Source: Octopus sinensis (lineage: Eukaryota). From it: DNA of 64,000 bases. The notes below the pieces were generated by a model, which was not told the origin of the DNA, did not search any database, and was given only the letters and a program-made list of their open reading frames with translations. The first letter of the stretch is position 1. Every line of letters starts with the position of its first letter. Of the stretch, positions 24,090 to 37,379 are shown one piece after another. Position numbers and translations under genes: made by a program. Location of the stretch: the NCBI RefSeq assembly GCF_006345805.1, contig NC_043003.1:17670001-17734000 (forward strand), written 5' to 3'.

Positions 24090-24530
24090 GAGGTGCAGGA
24101 ATGGCTGTGTGATAAGTAGCTTGCTAACCAACCACATGGTTCTGGGTTCAGTTTCACTGCATGGTACCTTGGGCAAGTGTCTTCTACTATAGCCTCGGGC
24201 TGACCAAAGCCTTGTGAGTGGATTTGGTAGACAGAAAGTGGAAAAAGCCTGACATATATATATTTTATTGCCCACAAGGGGCTAAACATAGAAGGGACAA
24301 ACAAGGGCAGACAAAAGCATTAAGTCAATCACATCAACCCCAGTGCATAACTGGTAATTATTTAATCGACCCCGGAAGGATGAAAGGCAAAGTCGACCTT
24401 GGCAGAATTTGAACGCAGAATGTAACAGCAGACAAAATAGCACTAAGCATTTTGCCTGGCATGCTAACATTTCTGTCTGCTCACTGCGTTTATGTCAGGA
24501 AGAAGCTTGACATATGTGTGTGTGTGTATG

Positions 24531-24583
<53 letters not shown>

Positions 24584-24790
24584 TGTGTGTGTTTGTTCCC
24601 CCCCCCCCATCATTGCTTGACAACTGATGCTGCTGTGTCTACGTCCCCGTAACTTAGCAGTTTGACAAATGAGACCGATAGAATAAGTAACTAGGCTTAC
24701 AAAGAATAAGTCCTGAGGTCGATTTGTTCGACTAAAGGCAGTGCTCCAACATGGCCACAGTCAAATGACTGAAACAAATAGAAGTATAAA
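24090..24790 (+). mobile_element. SINE S2 with an antisense S1 (24262-24485) in its central microsatellite
   Basis: S2 head and S2 tail flank the S1 copy. Confidence 0.85.
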
Positions 24791-25498
24791 AGAATAACAG
24801 GATTAAGGAATTTAATTTAGAAATAAAAAGGGCTGATTCATAAAAGTACACAAATTGTAGCTACTTCAATGTAGGAAACGGTTTGCATGCCACATTTATT
24901 TTATAGAACCAGAAAGATTCCATTCCCTTCTCCTTCACCTCCTCTTCGCCTTCCCTCCTTTTACCCACTCCCCCTTATCCTCTCCCCCTCCTTCCCTTTT
25001 TTCTTCTGCCTGCCCTTCGCCTCTCCTGTCCCTTTCTCCCCTCTCCACCCTCCCATTCTTCTCTTTCCCTCTTCTTTCTTCTCGTTCTCCTCACTCCCCC
25101 TCCTCCTCCTCTCTCACATACATATGTCCTCGTCCTCCCCTTGTTCTCATCTACCCCCCCTCTTCTCTTCATCCTTCTCTCCTTTCCCTGTAGTTCCTTC
25201 CCTTCTGCATCTGCTTGCTTTGAGATTGTTTAAAGTTGGTGACAAAAGAGGCACCCAGCCACAGAAAACCAACTTCACTAAATCCATTTGTGACCCATGG
25301 CAGCATGGGAAAGTGGACATTAAAGCAATGTATAAGATGATAATGTTGATGATGATGATGATGATGATGATGATGACAGATTTATTTCATTTCCAAAAAG
25401 CTTTGGTTAACATGTGGCTATAGTAGAAGGCGCTTTCCCATGGTACCACACAGTGGGACTTGCCTCGGTGCCACACTCTTGTGAAGCAATCTTCTTAA

Positions 25499-26277
25499 CC
25501 CTTTTGTTAACAACCTGGCTGAAACCGCCTCTGGCTTTGTAGTACAAATGTCTTGTTTTCAAAAGTTTTGAATTAAAATCTTCCACCAAACCTTAATCAC
25601 AAGTTATGTTCCTAACACTAACTCAATGATAACTAAGTTATTTTACTAAATTCTTGGTTATATTTTAAATTAATTGAAAGAAACACAGAGCATCGCAACA
25701 GAAATATGGTAACAAAAGGATTAAAATATATAATAGAGAAACAATTCTTAACCCTTTTGATACCAACCTGGCTGAAACTGCCTCTGTATGCATACATGCA
25801 TACATACACACATGCATGCATACTTGCATGCATACATACATACATAAAAACGATAAACGTCACCCTTTTCAAGCCTAGCCAGGCTCACGGGCCCAGTTTC
25901 TCGATTTCTGTGGCGTATGTGTTCCCCCCAGCTGGACGAGACGCCAGTCCATCGCAGTGTTACTCAAGAAACAGGAAGAGAGAGAGTGAGAGAAAGTTGT
26001 GGCAAAAGAATACAACAGGGGTCGTCACCACCCCATGCCAGAGCCTTGTGGAGCTTTTTTAGGTGTTTTCGCTCAATAAACACACATAACGCCCGGTCTG
26101 GGAATCGAAACTGCGATCCTCTAACCACGAGTCCGCTGCCCTAACCACTGGGCCATTGCACCTCCACACATACATACATACATACATACATACATACATA
26201 CATACACATACATACATACATACATACATACTTACATACATGCAAAACATCTCAAAATAAATACAGCAACAAAAGGG
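25499..26277. mobile_element. Second piggyBac-type MITE dimer; unit 2 interrupted by SINE S3c (25850-26165) and (CATA)n
   Basis: TTAA at 25495, 25721, 25748 and 26278; unit 2 left end 25752-25786, right end 26243-26277. Confidence 0.8.
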
Positions 26278-26629
26278 TTAAGCTCACAGCCATACTTAAA
26301 CAGAAATTACAAGGATGTAAAATTAAAAAAAAAAAACAAATAGACTCCTTGCTCCATGAATTCCATGTTTATGCAATACTTATAAATTAGATGTAATATT
26401 TGAACCTTCATGGTTACTGAAAACATTGAATATTTACATAAAACCAATTAATTTCATAATTAAGATTATGATGTAATTTTTCAAAATATTAACAATCAGA
26501 AAATATTACAGTTAGAAAATTTGTAATTCTAGGAACAATTTATCACAATTCAGGAATTTAAGCTCATGACGCCAAAAGGGTTCAATTTTCATTCAGTTAT
26601 TTCCTGCTGCTTTTAGTTTTATTTCCCAC

Positions 26630-26864
26630 TCTCTTTTACTCTTTTACTCGTTTTAGTCATTTGACTGGGGCCATGCTGGAGCACCGCCTTTTAGTCGAGC
26701 AAATCGATCCCAGGACTTATTCTTTGGAAGCCTAGTACTTATTCTATTGGTGTCTTTTGCTGAACCGCTAAGTTACGGGAACGTAAACACACCAGCAGTG
26801 GTTGTCAAGTGATGTTAGAGGGACAAACACAGACACACAAACATACACACACACACACACACAC

Positions 26865-26910
<46 letters not shown>

Positions 26911-27066
26911 TACGATGGGCTTCTTTCAGTTTCCGTCTACAAAATCCACTCACAAGGCTTTGGTCGGCCCGAGGCTATAGTAGAAGAGACTTGCCCAAGG
27001 TACCATGCAGTGGGAATGAACCCAGAACCATAAGGTTCGTAAGCAAGCTACTTACCACACAGCCAC
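26630..27066 (-). mobile_element. SINE S2, full length
   Basis: Family sequence match by eye. Confidence 0.9.
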
Positions 27067-28579
27067 TTTAAATTCTTTAATTTTCTTCTAAACCTCATTA
27101 GTTCAGTATATATATATATATATAATGAACTTCTCATAGTAGTGCTCAGGTGCATTATAGCTCATGAGAAAAAGCAACCAAAACTGCATAAAATGTACAA
27201 AGAATATGCACAGGAAATGATCAATGAATAGGTCACTAAAAAACAAAAAAAAAAAACGGAGGTGAGCGTGCATCAAGTGTACTGTTGGCGAATTTCAGGA
27301 AGCAGGGAAGTTTTGAAGAATACAGTGTCCCCAACACTAGATAAATAAATTTTTTTAAATGCGCCCCTTTTAAAGCCTAACCAGGCTCATGGGCCCGGTT
27401 TCCCCGTTTCAATGACATATATGTCTCCCAGCTGGACGGGACGCCAGTCCATTGCAGCGTTACTCATTTTTGCCAGCTGAGTGGACTGGAGCAACATGAA
27501 ATGAAGTGTTTTGCTCAAGAACACAACGCGTCGCCCGGTCCAAGAATCGAAACAACAATCTTACGATCATGATGCTGACATCTTAACCACTAAGCCACGT
27601 GCCTCCACCACACTAGATAAAACTTGCAAGTAAAATATTTAGTCACAATAAAGAGTAGAATTTATATAGTTTCAAGCGTTTTTGTGTGGGTTATGTAACA
27701 AGGGAGATAATTCTAGAAGCTAATTGTTTTTTTAGTTAAGTCATCATTTCGTATGCAAGTTTCTAAGATTTGTCTCTTGTAAATGCGTTTGAGAAACGAA
27801 ACTATTGACTGAGATTATATACCGTGAAGGTACTAGTGTATTAAATCGATTAAATGGCAATTCAATTGGCATTCGTATCGATAAATGGACTGACAATTCA
27901 ATATTAAATATTGTAACTTTAAAAATCTATGCACCTTTTTACGAGTCAGACTGGGATATTCCCCATGGTTACTCGACCTGCCAGAAATAGCAGCCAAATT
28001 TCAGCAATAGCGTACATCATCATCATTTAACACCCACTTTCTATGCTGGCATGGGTCAGACGGTTTAACTGGAACTGGTGAGCCAGAGAGCTGCACCAGG
28101 TTCCTATCTGACTTGGCATTGTTTCTACAACTGAATGCCCTTCCTAAAGCTAACCACTCCAAGAGTGTAATTGGTGCTTTTTATGTGCCGCTGGCATGGG
28201 TGCCATTTCCATGGCACTAGTAGCAACCATGACTACAGTTTCATTTGGCTTGATGAGTCTTCTCAAGTACAGCACATCGCCAAAGTCTTATTTTATTTTT
28301 TTATTTTTATTTTATCTAGTTTCAGCTCACGAGCTGTGGCCATGCTGGGGCACTGCCATTCTTGGTCATTTGTCATCGCTTGTATTTTAAAAACTGAATG
28401 ACATAAAAAATATAAAATATATAAAAAAATGAAATAATGAACTTTTTGTATACAGCCATACTGCCCAATGTCCGGCCCATGAAGCCTTAGAATCCGGCCT
28501 GTAAGTTGGTCTTCAGCTTATTCCTTAATATTAATACAGAAGCTTACACTGTTATTTTTCTTTGATTAATAAATGATTA

Positions 28580-28960
28580 CCGTAAATCCTCGAGTGTAGT
28601 CCGCCCTTGACTATAATACGCAGGGAATTTTTAGGGGGCTGTACCTCTGAAAAAACTAAACCTTGTATATAATACGCACCCCTTCTCTAACTTGAGTCAA
28701 GGCGGTCTATATAACGTCTGTGGTTTATAAAAATGTATATGGTAATGTCCTTTATTATTATTGTATATATAACAAAATGCAAACGTGTAGCTTTTTTATA
28801 CATTTTGTTTGCAGAAAATAAAGAAATAATACTAATGACGTTTAATAAATGCTGCTAACTGCAAGTTATGGATGATTCTTTTATGACTTCATTGCTTTCA
28901 GGCTTAGCTTAAGGTATTTTTGCACCCGACATCACAAAAATTTCAGGTTTTGTTTGTCCG
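28580..28960. mobile_element. pogo/Tigger-like DNA transposon fragment; related copy in opposite orientation at 52689-52960
   Basis: TA|CCGTAAATCCTCGAG terminus; shared internal block ttgcacccgacatcacaaaa inverted between the copies. Confidence 0.6.
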
Positions 28961-29059
28961 TGTCACTGGAGGCCCCTCACTTTCAAAAATGCTACCTCTC
29001 CCCTAGTGGAGGGCAGTATGGCATGTGTATTTTTTCTGTCTCTGCCCCCAATAGAGGTG

Positions 29060-29364
29060 TATACTATACAGTGCTCTGGTGCATTCACCAGAAAAAAAAG
29101 TAGTGAAAAGCACATGGAACAATGCACAAGAAGAGAATAATAAATGAGTTGTGAATTAAAAAGGTGGGGGAATTAGGTGTAGTGTTGGCAAATTTCAGGA
29201 AGCATGGAAGGTTTGAAAGATGTAGTGTCCCAAAAGCTAACAACTGATGCAGGTAATTTATTCCTTGCTTCAGCAATTCTGGGTGTGAAAAAATGTTTCT
29301 GAAAGTCAAGGGTGTTGTGTTGTTTTTTTTTAATTTTGTAAGCATGTCCACAAGTGTTTGTCAT
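29060..29364 (-). mobile_element. CR1 3' fragment (related fragment at 27135-27335)
   Basis: TCGHAYKIKK...KHFFTPRIAEARNKLPASVV, homologous to the 1688-1860 part of the CR1 ORF. Confidence 0.85.
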
Positions 29365-30339
29365 GTGGAATTCAAAAAGGTGGCCAATGTTGTTGTTGGA
29401 GAAGATGGTGGATAATCATGTGGTGTAGCAATGTAGTCCTAGAAATTGCCCAAAAGTTGCGATTGTCACTGTTAGAATGCATTTCGACAGAATTCTACAC
29501 ATTCAAGGTTGACATGGGCTTAGACAACAACTATTCACACACATATGTATATACACCACCAACACCACCACAACCACCACCGCCACCACAGCACACCATC
29601 ATCATCATCATAATCATCTTGAACATACACATCACCACCACCACCATTACTACCACTACCACTACTGCCACTGACACCACCACCACCACAGCACACAATC
29701 ATCATCATCATCTTAAACATACGCATCCCCACCACCACCACCACCACCATCACCACCGCCACCACCACTACCACCACCACCACCACCACCACCACCACCA
29801 CCACCACCATCACCATCATCATCATCATCATCATCATCGTCTTGAACATACACATTTACATACTTGCATGTGCTAGATGGAATTTGGATAGTTTTGTATG
29901 GCCAGCTATCCTTCTTGTCACCAACACCAACATGTTTTCAAACATGACCGAACATGTTTTCTTAGTAAACTAAAAAAAGGAGGGATGCTTTTGTATAACT
30001 ACTGTGTAACACCAAAATAAAGAAACACACATGTGCACACCACATACACACACACGCACACACACCACACCACACATGCACATCACATACACACATATAC
30101 ACTCATGTATGCACACACATACACAGGCATGTATGCATATGCACAAGCTTCTTTCAGTTCCTGTCTATCAGATCCACACACAACACTTTGGTCAGCCCAG
30201 GGTTATAGTAGAAGGCATTTGTCCAGAGTATCACACAATGGGACTGACCCCAAGACCATGTGCTTTGCAAGCAAATTTCTCAACCACATAGTCATATACA
30301 CACACACACACACACATACACACACATATATATATATAG

Positions 30340-31020
30340 GGAAAGTTTACGAAAAAAACAAAAGACGAAGGCAGGTGGTGTACAAAACAGATGTATTAGT
30401 ATAGCGCTCAGGAATAGAAAAAGTCTTTTACGTTTCGAGCCTATGCTCTTCTACAGAAAGGTACACAGAAAAACAAGGAGAGAAAAAAATGTGTGTAGTG
30501 GCTAACGATCTATCATGGCGATCTCTCTCTCTCTCTCTCTCTTCTCCTCCTCCTTTGTTCCTTGTTCCCCTTCTTTCTCTCTTCATCTGTCCCTCTTTTT
30601 CTCTCTCTTTCCCTCACGTGACTAGCCACCGATTGCTGGCCTTTCGTGTCCAGCAGCCGTTGTGGCAAGACACACTTTTTTGTCTCTCTGTAGCCCTAAG
30701 GCTTTCTTCTAACGCCAGCTCAAAATTTTACTCGTCCTGTCGAAAAGACGCTTGTCTGTGACGTCCTGTTTTAGTTGTTATTATTATTATCATTATTGTT
30801 TTTACGTATTTTTGTATTTTCATTCGTGTAACATCGTCCGTTTTTCCGTCCTTGTTTTGTATACATTCGAGGCTTTCTTCCAAGGAATCTAATGTGCTTG
30901 GCTTAGATTTTCCTTTGGGGCTGGCCAGATCGGAGCAATCTCAAGATTAATCAGCCGAAATTGCGAAGATGATCCGGTTCTTGACTGAAGATTGAAGGCT
31001 TCGAATGTCCCGTCCGTGTT
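30340..31020 (-). mobile_element. Family X interior joined through a GA tract to a hammerhead-bearing pseudo-LTR
   Basis: 30640-31005 is homologous to 9892-10260; hammerhead motif at 30425-30460. Confidence 0.6.
30425..30460 (-). ncRNA. Minimal hammerhead motif (A6U variant, extra A after A9)
   Basis: cuuu CUGUAGA A gagc auag gcuc GAA ACGU A^aaag: 4-bp stems I and II, palindromic ACGU. Confidence 0.6.
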
Positions 31021-31383
31021 TTTTGTATCGCCTTCTAAATGTTTCACGTTCTTGTCCCAGTTTGTATTTTTTTACATTTACATATATATATATATATATT
31101 ATATATTCTTTATTCTTTTCTTTCACTCACTGGACAGTGGCCATGCTGGGGCACTGACTTGAAGGGTTTATTCAAGTCAATAAAACTAGTCCCTTTTTTT
31201 CTTTTAAGCATGGTACGTATTTTCTCAATATCTTTTGCTGAATTGCTAAGTTAAGGGAGATAAAGGAACCAATTTCAGTCATCAGTCAAGCAATGGGGCA
31301 GGGCGGACACATACACAAAGAAACTCACAGATATCTAAACAACATAGCACACAACAAATATATTATATATATATTATATATAT

Positions 31384-31418
<35 letters not shown>

Positions 31419-32160
31419 GCATAAACACAAATACACACACACACACACACACTCATATATATCATCATCATCATCATTTAACGTCCACCTTCCATGCTGA
31501 CATGGGTGGGATGGTTTGATAGAACCCTGCACCAGACTTCTGCAACTGTTTTGGCGGTATTTTTACAGTTTGATACCCTTCTGAACACCAACCACTCAGC
31601 AGAGAGGACTTAGTGCTTTTTACATGACACAAGCACAGGCAAGGTTTTTACAGCTTGATGCCCTTCCAAATGCCAACCACTTTACAGTGTGGACTGGATG
31701 CTTTTTAAGTGGTACCTTCACTGACAGGGTCACCAAGTAACTTGCAAGACAAAACTCTTCTTAGAGGGGCGGGGGAAATGGAGGAGGTGATCTTGTGTCA
31801 GAGAGGCAGAAACAGGTTTCTTGCTGTAGAGGAGGTATCAAGGTTACCCAGCCAGAGAGAGAGAGAGATAAGGAAGGAAAAGAGAAACAGGTGTGCTGCC
31901 ACAAAGGAAGTACATGGTTACCCATAGCAATGATACAGAGGAACAGGGCCGTACAAACAGTATTGGGGAGCGATAATAAATACAAACATACATCGACACA
32001 CCCACACACACACACACACATACATGCACATACATACATACATATATTATATATAAATATATATATATATATATAATATATATATATTATATATATAATT
32101 ATATATATATATATATATAATATATATATAAGTATATATATATATATATATATATCTTTA

Positions 32161-33842
32161 TATGAGTCACTATCAGAACTGGAGGAGAAGTTCCAGGTGT
32201 GGAAGGAGGGTTTAGAATCGAGGGGCCTTAGAGTCAACCTAGCTAAAACCAAAGTACTAATAAGTAGAAAGGAGAAAACCCACAATATCATCAGGAAGAT
32301 GGCCCTGTTCGATCTGTAGAAAAGGGTTGGTAGGTAGAAACTCTATAAGATGTACCCAGTGTAAGCTATGACACATAAGAGGTGCAGCAATGTCAAAGGT
32401 AGGCTAACTGGGAAGATAGTTTTTGTATGTGGCAGGTGCTCTGGAGCACTGACCTCCGAAAATCTGCAGAAAACAACTTCTGTCACTTTTCCGGGGGGAA
32501 AAAACTAGAAGTAGTTGATAGTTCCGCTATCTAGGTGACCAAGTCAGTTAGTGGGGGGTGGGTGCTGAAAGCTGCTAGAAATGGAAAAGAATAAGAAGCC
32601 TGGGCAAAGTTTAGGAGCTCTATCTTACCTCTGCTGGTGACTAAAGGCCTCTCGCTCAGAGTAAAAGGCAGACTGTATGATGCAGTGTACGAACAGCTAT
32701 GCTACATGGCAGTGAACATGGGCCGTGACTGCTGAGGACATGCGTAAGCTCGTGAGGAACGAAGCCAGTATGCTCCGATGGATGTGTAATGTCAGTGTAC
32801 TTACTCGACAGAGCGTTAGTACCTTGAGAGAAATGTTGTAACCTAAGAAGCATCAGTTGTTTGTGCAAGAGGACGATTGCGCTGGTATGGTCCATGTGGC
32901 GAGAATGGATGAAGAGAGGTGTGTGAGAAAGTGCCAATCCCTAGCAGTTGAGGGAACCCGTGGAAGAGGTAGACCCAGGAAAACCTGGGACGAGGTGGTG
33001 AAGCACGACCTTCGGACGTTAGGTCTCACCATGGAAGACTAGAGACCGAGACCTATGGAAGTATGCTGTGCGTGAGAAGACCCGGCAAACTAGTGAAGCC
33101 ATAATCCATGGCCCCTACCTGGGACGTAGTCAGTCCACCTGTGCATACCTTCCTTCTTGTGACACTTGTGAAGACCTGTTGAGGCAAGTGAGAATCGAAT
33201 CGAATCGTATCAAATCAAATCGAACCAAATCAAAATAGATGAACATCAATGGAATTTGTATCCTTGTGGTACCATGCCGGTGGCACATAAGAAAACATCC
33301 GAACGTGACCGTAGCCATACGCAATGACTGGCCTCCGTGCTGAGGGCACGTAACAAACACCATCCGAGCGTGGCCGTCCGCCAGCCTCGTCTAGCACCTG
33401 TGTCGGTGACACATAAGAAAACACCATCCGAGCGTGGCCGTCTGCCAGCCTCGTCTGGCACCTGTGCGGTGGCACATAAAAACACCATCCGAGCGTGGCC
33501 GTCTGCCAGCCTCGTCTGGCACCTGTGTCGGTGGCACATAAAAAAACACCATCCGAGCGTGGCCGTCCTCCAGCTCGTCTGGCACCTGTGTCGGTGGCAC
33601 ATAAAAAACCCATCCGAGCGTGGCCGTTGCCAGCCTCGTCTGGCACCTGTGTCGGTGGCACATAAAATCACCCACTACACTCTCAGAGTGGTTGGCGTAG
33701 GAAGGGCAATCCAGCTGTAGAAACACTGCCACATCTGAAGGCCTGGTGCAGCCTTCGGGCTTCCCAGACCCCAGTTGAACCGTCCAACCCATGCTAGCAT
33801 GGAAAGCGGACGTTTAAAAACGATGATGATGATGATGATGAT
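32161..33842 (+). mobile_element. 5'-truncated RTE-clade LINE (ORF2 C-terminal third, 3'UTR with minisatellite, (GAT)n tail)
   Basis: ELEEKFQVWKEGLESRGLRVNLAKTKV, FRYLGDQV, KGRLYDA, NEASMLRWMC, GTRGRGRPRKTWDEVVKHDL; several frameshifts. Confidence 0.93.
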
Positions 33843-33846
33843 ATGA

Positions 33847-34152
33847 GGTCATCAGACAGAAGTCCAGCATGAGGGATGTCATCATAGAATATACACGCAG
33901 CAAGTTTAGATGGGCTGGACATGTCACCCGGCTCACCAATAATCAGTGGACCCATGCAGTTGTCGAGTGGTACCTGCACAAACGGAAATGACCGCTCGGC
34001 AGGTCCCCACAACGGTGGAGTTATGATTTTAGGAGGGTGATTGGGATCATGTGGATGAGAAATGCGCGATCCAGAGAGGAGTGGACAGCATGCTGTGACC
34101 AGCAGTGTCAAATGGATGCCTGACAGACTGGTTGGTCAAGGTGATCAAGGTA
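33847..34152 (+). mobile_element. Second RTE family 3' end
   Basis: IRQKSSMRDV...KFRWAGHVTRLTNNQWT..VVEW...GRSPQRW...W. Confidence 0.85.
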
Positions 34153-36659
34153 ATATATATATGATGAGCTTCTTTCAGTTTCTGTCTGCCAAATCCACTA
34201 GTAAGACATTAATTGGCCTGGGGCTATAGCCAAAGACACTCATCCAAGGTGCCACTCAGAGGGACTGAACCATGGACCATGTGATTGTGAAGCAAGCGTC
34301 TTACCTCACAGTTCTACCTATAATTACTATGTATAAAATACACATATCACTACCAAAACATTACAATTATGATTAAAGTTATAAAATAACTGAAGCAAGT
34401 AAAAGAATACAAGAATAGGAATAAAAGAATAAAAATAAGGAATAAAAGAATGAGAATGTAGCAGAATCGGAGTCTGCAAGACACAGGAAACGCAAGCTGA
34501 CTGGAAGAAAAGAAATTCTGTTTAGAAACCAATACAGGAAAGATATTATTTAGTTCTGCCACAGAGAACTGCCTTTGCACCAGGGAAACATTAAAACGAA
34601 CTTGCTTTATGTTGTAAAGTAAATGACAATATGAAGAGCATCCATCTGTGAGAGAAAAAAAAAATAACATAAAAATCATAACAATAACCATACACAACAA
34701 TAGACATACACAACAATACAGTGGATTTCCTCGCTTATATAATGGATAATTTGTCTCCAAATGCAACCTGCCAGGAGACAGCATAAAATAGTAAAAAATA
34801 TTTGATTTCTTTACTGAGACTTACAAGATTTCAAACATGGAATTAATTCTGGTTATAGATATGCTACTGAGACCTTTTATGTACAGATGTAAAACATTCT
34901 AGCAGAAGCTAGACGCCTACTGAATTACACAACAAATCTATTTGATATTTTATATATTATTTTATGGTCTATTCCTCACCATCTGTTGCGATGATTTATT
35001 TTGTTATGTTCTTTACATTTATTTCTATTGAAAAATATCATCTCTTGGCTCTCTTAGTTTGTATGCAGTTATTTGCTGTGACAAATATTTTTCATGTGAT
35101 TTTAGTTGTATATTTTTTAACTTATCAAATTATTTCATTTCCATATATTTTCCTTTTTACATGTTCGGCCTTTAATTAAGATATGCTTGAAATTAATGTG
35201 TGCAATTATTTGTGTATACGTTTTTAATTTTTTCTCCTCATGCTTCTGCCTTTCTTATATTTACAATTTTTGTCTGAAATAATACGCTAATATAACATTG
35301 CACAGATCTTTGTATTACCAAGAAAAAACAAAAAAAGAAAAACAATCAGATTTTGATTTGGAAGAGAACTAAATTATTTTTGTAACTGCTTATGTAATTT
35401 GTTTAGAATATCTTTGGAGCCAGGCTATGCCAGGTACTGTTACTAACACATATACATACATGCATAGACACACACACACACACACATATATGTAGATTCA
35501 AGGTTATGTATCTATAGATTTACATAAAGGCTTAGGAAAAGCAGTGTATCTACAGATTTCCACAAAAGCCTTGAAATACTAAGCTTTGCAAAAAAAGAGT
35601 GAAAGAAATTGATATGGATTCTCCAAATTCAGTCTAATAGCAGCACAATGAAAATTTGAAAGACGTTTCAAAGATACTCCTCAACCAACACGCCAACTAA
35701 ACAACATATTTACAAGCACCTGTAACTCTCTCAACTTAAAAAATCTTGTTGCTTTGTTAGCGACCACCTTGAACTCTGTTAAGAACTTAAACTTGTGGGG
35801 ACAAGTTGAACCGGAAGTACAAGGTCAGTGATGTCAACTGTTGAGGGGCCTGACTGAAAGACAAGGGGCAAGTATTGTCATGTGAGCAAGAGCAGGACCA
35901 GCCTGGATCTCTTCTGCTTCGGGGCAGTCATGCTGTGCAGATGTCTGTGGACATATAGATTACAGAAAATTTGCTGTTATGTTTTGGCCAGAGGTTAGGT
36001 CATTAGAGCACCCATAGATATAACCCAGCTGGAAAGTCAATGCTGCAAGAGAACCGTACAAGTAGGTGAATTGCTCTTCATTCATCAAACTGCAGTTTTT
36101 ATCTAAGTAACATCAACATATATGTGGTGTCCTGCATTTCTACTTGACCATAGAAAAGTGCTTGGTCATTGGAAAATATCCCCTTGCTTGGAAAATAATG
36201 AAGGTTGAAAGAAGGGCATCCAACCCTAGGAAATCTGCGTCAATAAATTCCATCTGGATTCCAAACAGAGAAATGTGGATGTTAAAATGATTTTTCTATT
36301 CTGTGTAAGCCAGACCTTTTTATATGTAAACAAATGTACATTTTTTTTGTATTAAATGTGTTTAATATTTTTTTTCTTTCTATTCGAGGCACAAGGCGTA
36401 AAATGTTTGGGCTGAGGGCCAGTTGATTAGATCAACAACAGTATGCAACTGGTACTTAATTTATCGACGCCAAAAGGATGAAAGACAAAGTTGACCTTAC
36501 CTAACTTGCTTAAACTTACACTTACTGCTCTACCTGCTCAAGTTTAAATCTCTTGGGCACTACAATGTGTATTCTTTACAGAGAATAACTGTCTCTAATC
36601 AATATACTAGATATATATACATACACATGCATATATATATATGTATGTATGTATATATA

Positions 36660-37062
36660 TATCATCATCATCATCATCATCATCTTTAACGTCCGTTTTC
36701 CATGCTAGCATGGGTTGGACGGTTCAACTGGGGTCTGGGAAGCCAGAAGGCTGCGCCAGGCCCAGTCTTATCTGGCAGTGTTTCTACAGCTGGATGCCCT
36801 TCCTAACGCCAACCACTCCATGAGTGTAGTGGGTGCTTTTTACGTGCCACCTGCACAGGTGCCAGACGAGGCTGGCAAACAGCCACGATCGGATGGTGCT
36901 TTTTACGTGCCACCAGCACGGAGGCCAGTCGGGGCGGCACTAGCAACGGCCATGTTCGGATGGTTCTCTTATGTGCCATCGGCACAGGTATCACAGCTAC
37001 AATTTCCATTGATGTTGATCGATTTCGATTTTGATTTTCATTTTCACTTGCCTTAACAGGTC
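36660..37062 (-). mobile_element. RTE 3' end
   Basis: Same 3'UTR and tail as 33230-33842. Confidence 0.9.
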
Positions 37063-37064
37063 TA

Positions 37065-37379
37065 CAAATAAGAAAATGGGGAAACAATTTAGTTGGTTTA
37101 TCAGCTTTAGGATATTAGAATGTTGACTAATTTATTTAACAAAACGAGAACCATAATAACATACATATATATAGTATAAAATTCAATACATTTAAGATAA
37201 GAATACAATTAAAAAAACCTTATTAAGGTTATTTTTATTGTATTCTTATCTCATATGTATTGAATTTTAATGTATATATGTATGTTATTATGGTTCTCAT
37301 TTTGTTAAATAAATTAGTCAACATTCTAATATACTAAAGCTGATAAACCAACTAAATTGTTTCCCCATTTTCTTATTTG
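37065..37379. mobile_element. 315-bp fold-back MITE with TA target duplication (Tc1/mariner-type ends)
   Basis: TA|CAAATAAGAAAATGGGG...CCCCATTTTCTTATTTG|TA; near-complete palindrome centred on aaccttattaaggtt. Confidence 0.8.

Noticed and set aside
24890-25220. 178-aa ORF over the CT-rich tract
   Set aside because: Simple polypyrimidine sequence.
27805-27990. 61-aa ORF as a gene or hAT fragment (IDKWTD)
   Set aside because: Only a weak single-motif resemblance and no termini.
30975-31010. Hammerhead at CUGAAGA...cuucGAAU (also 9892-9915)
   Set aside because: No stem I and no GAAA.
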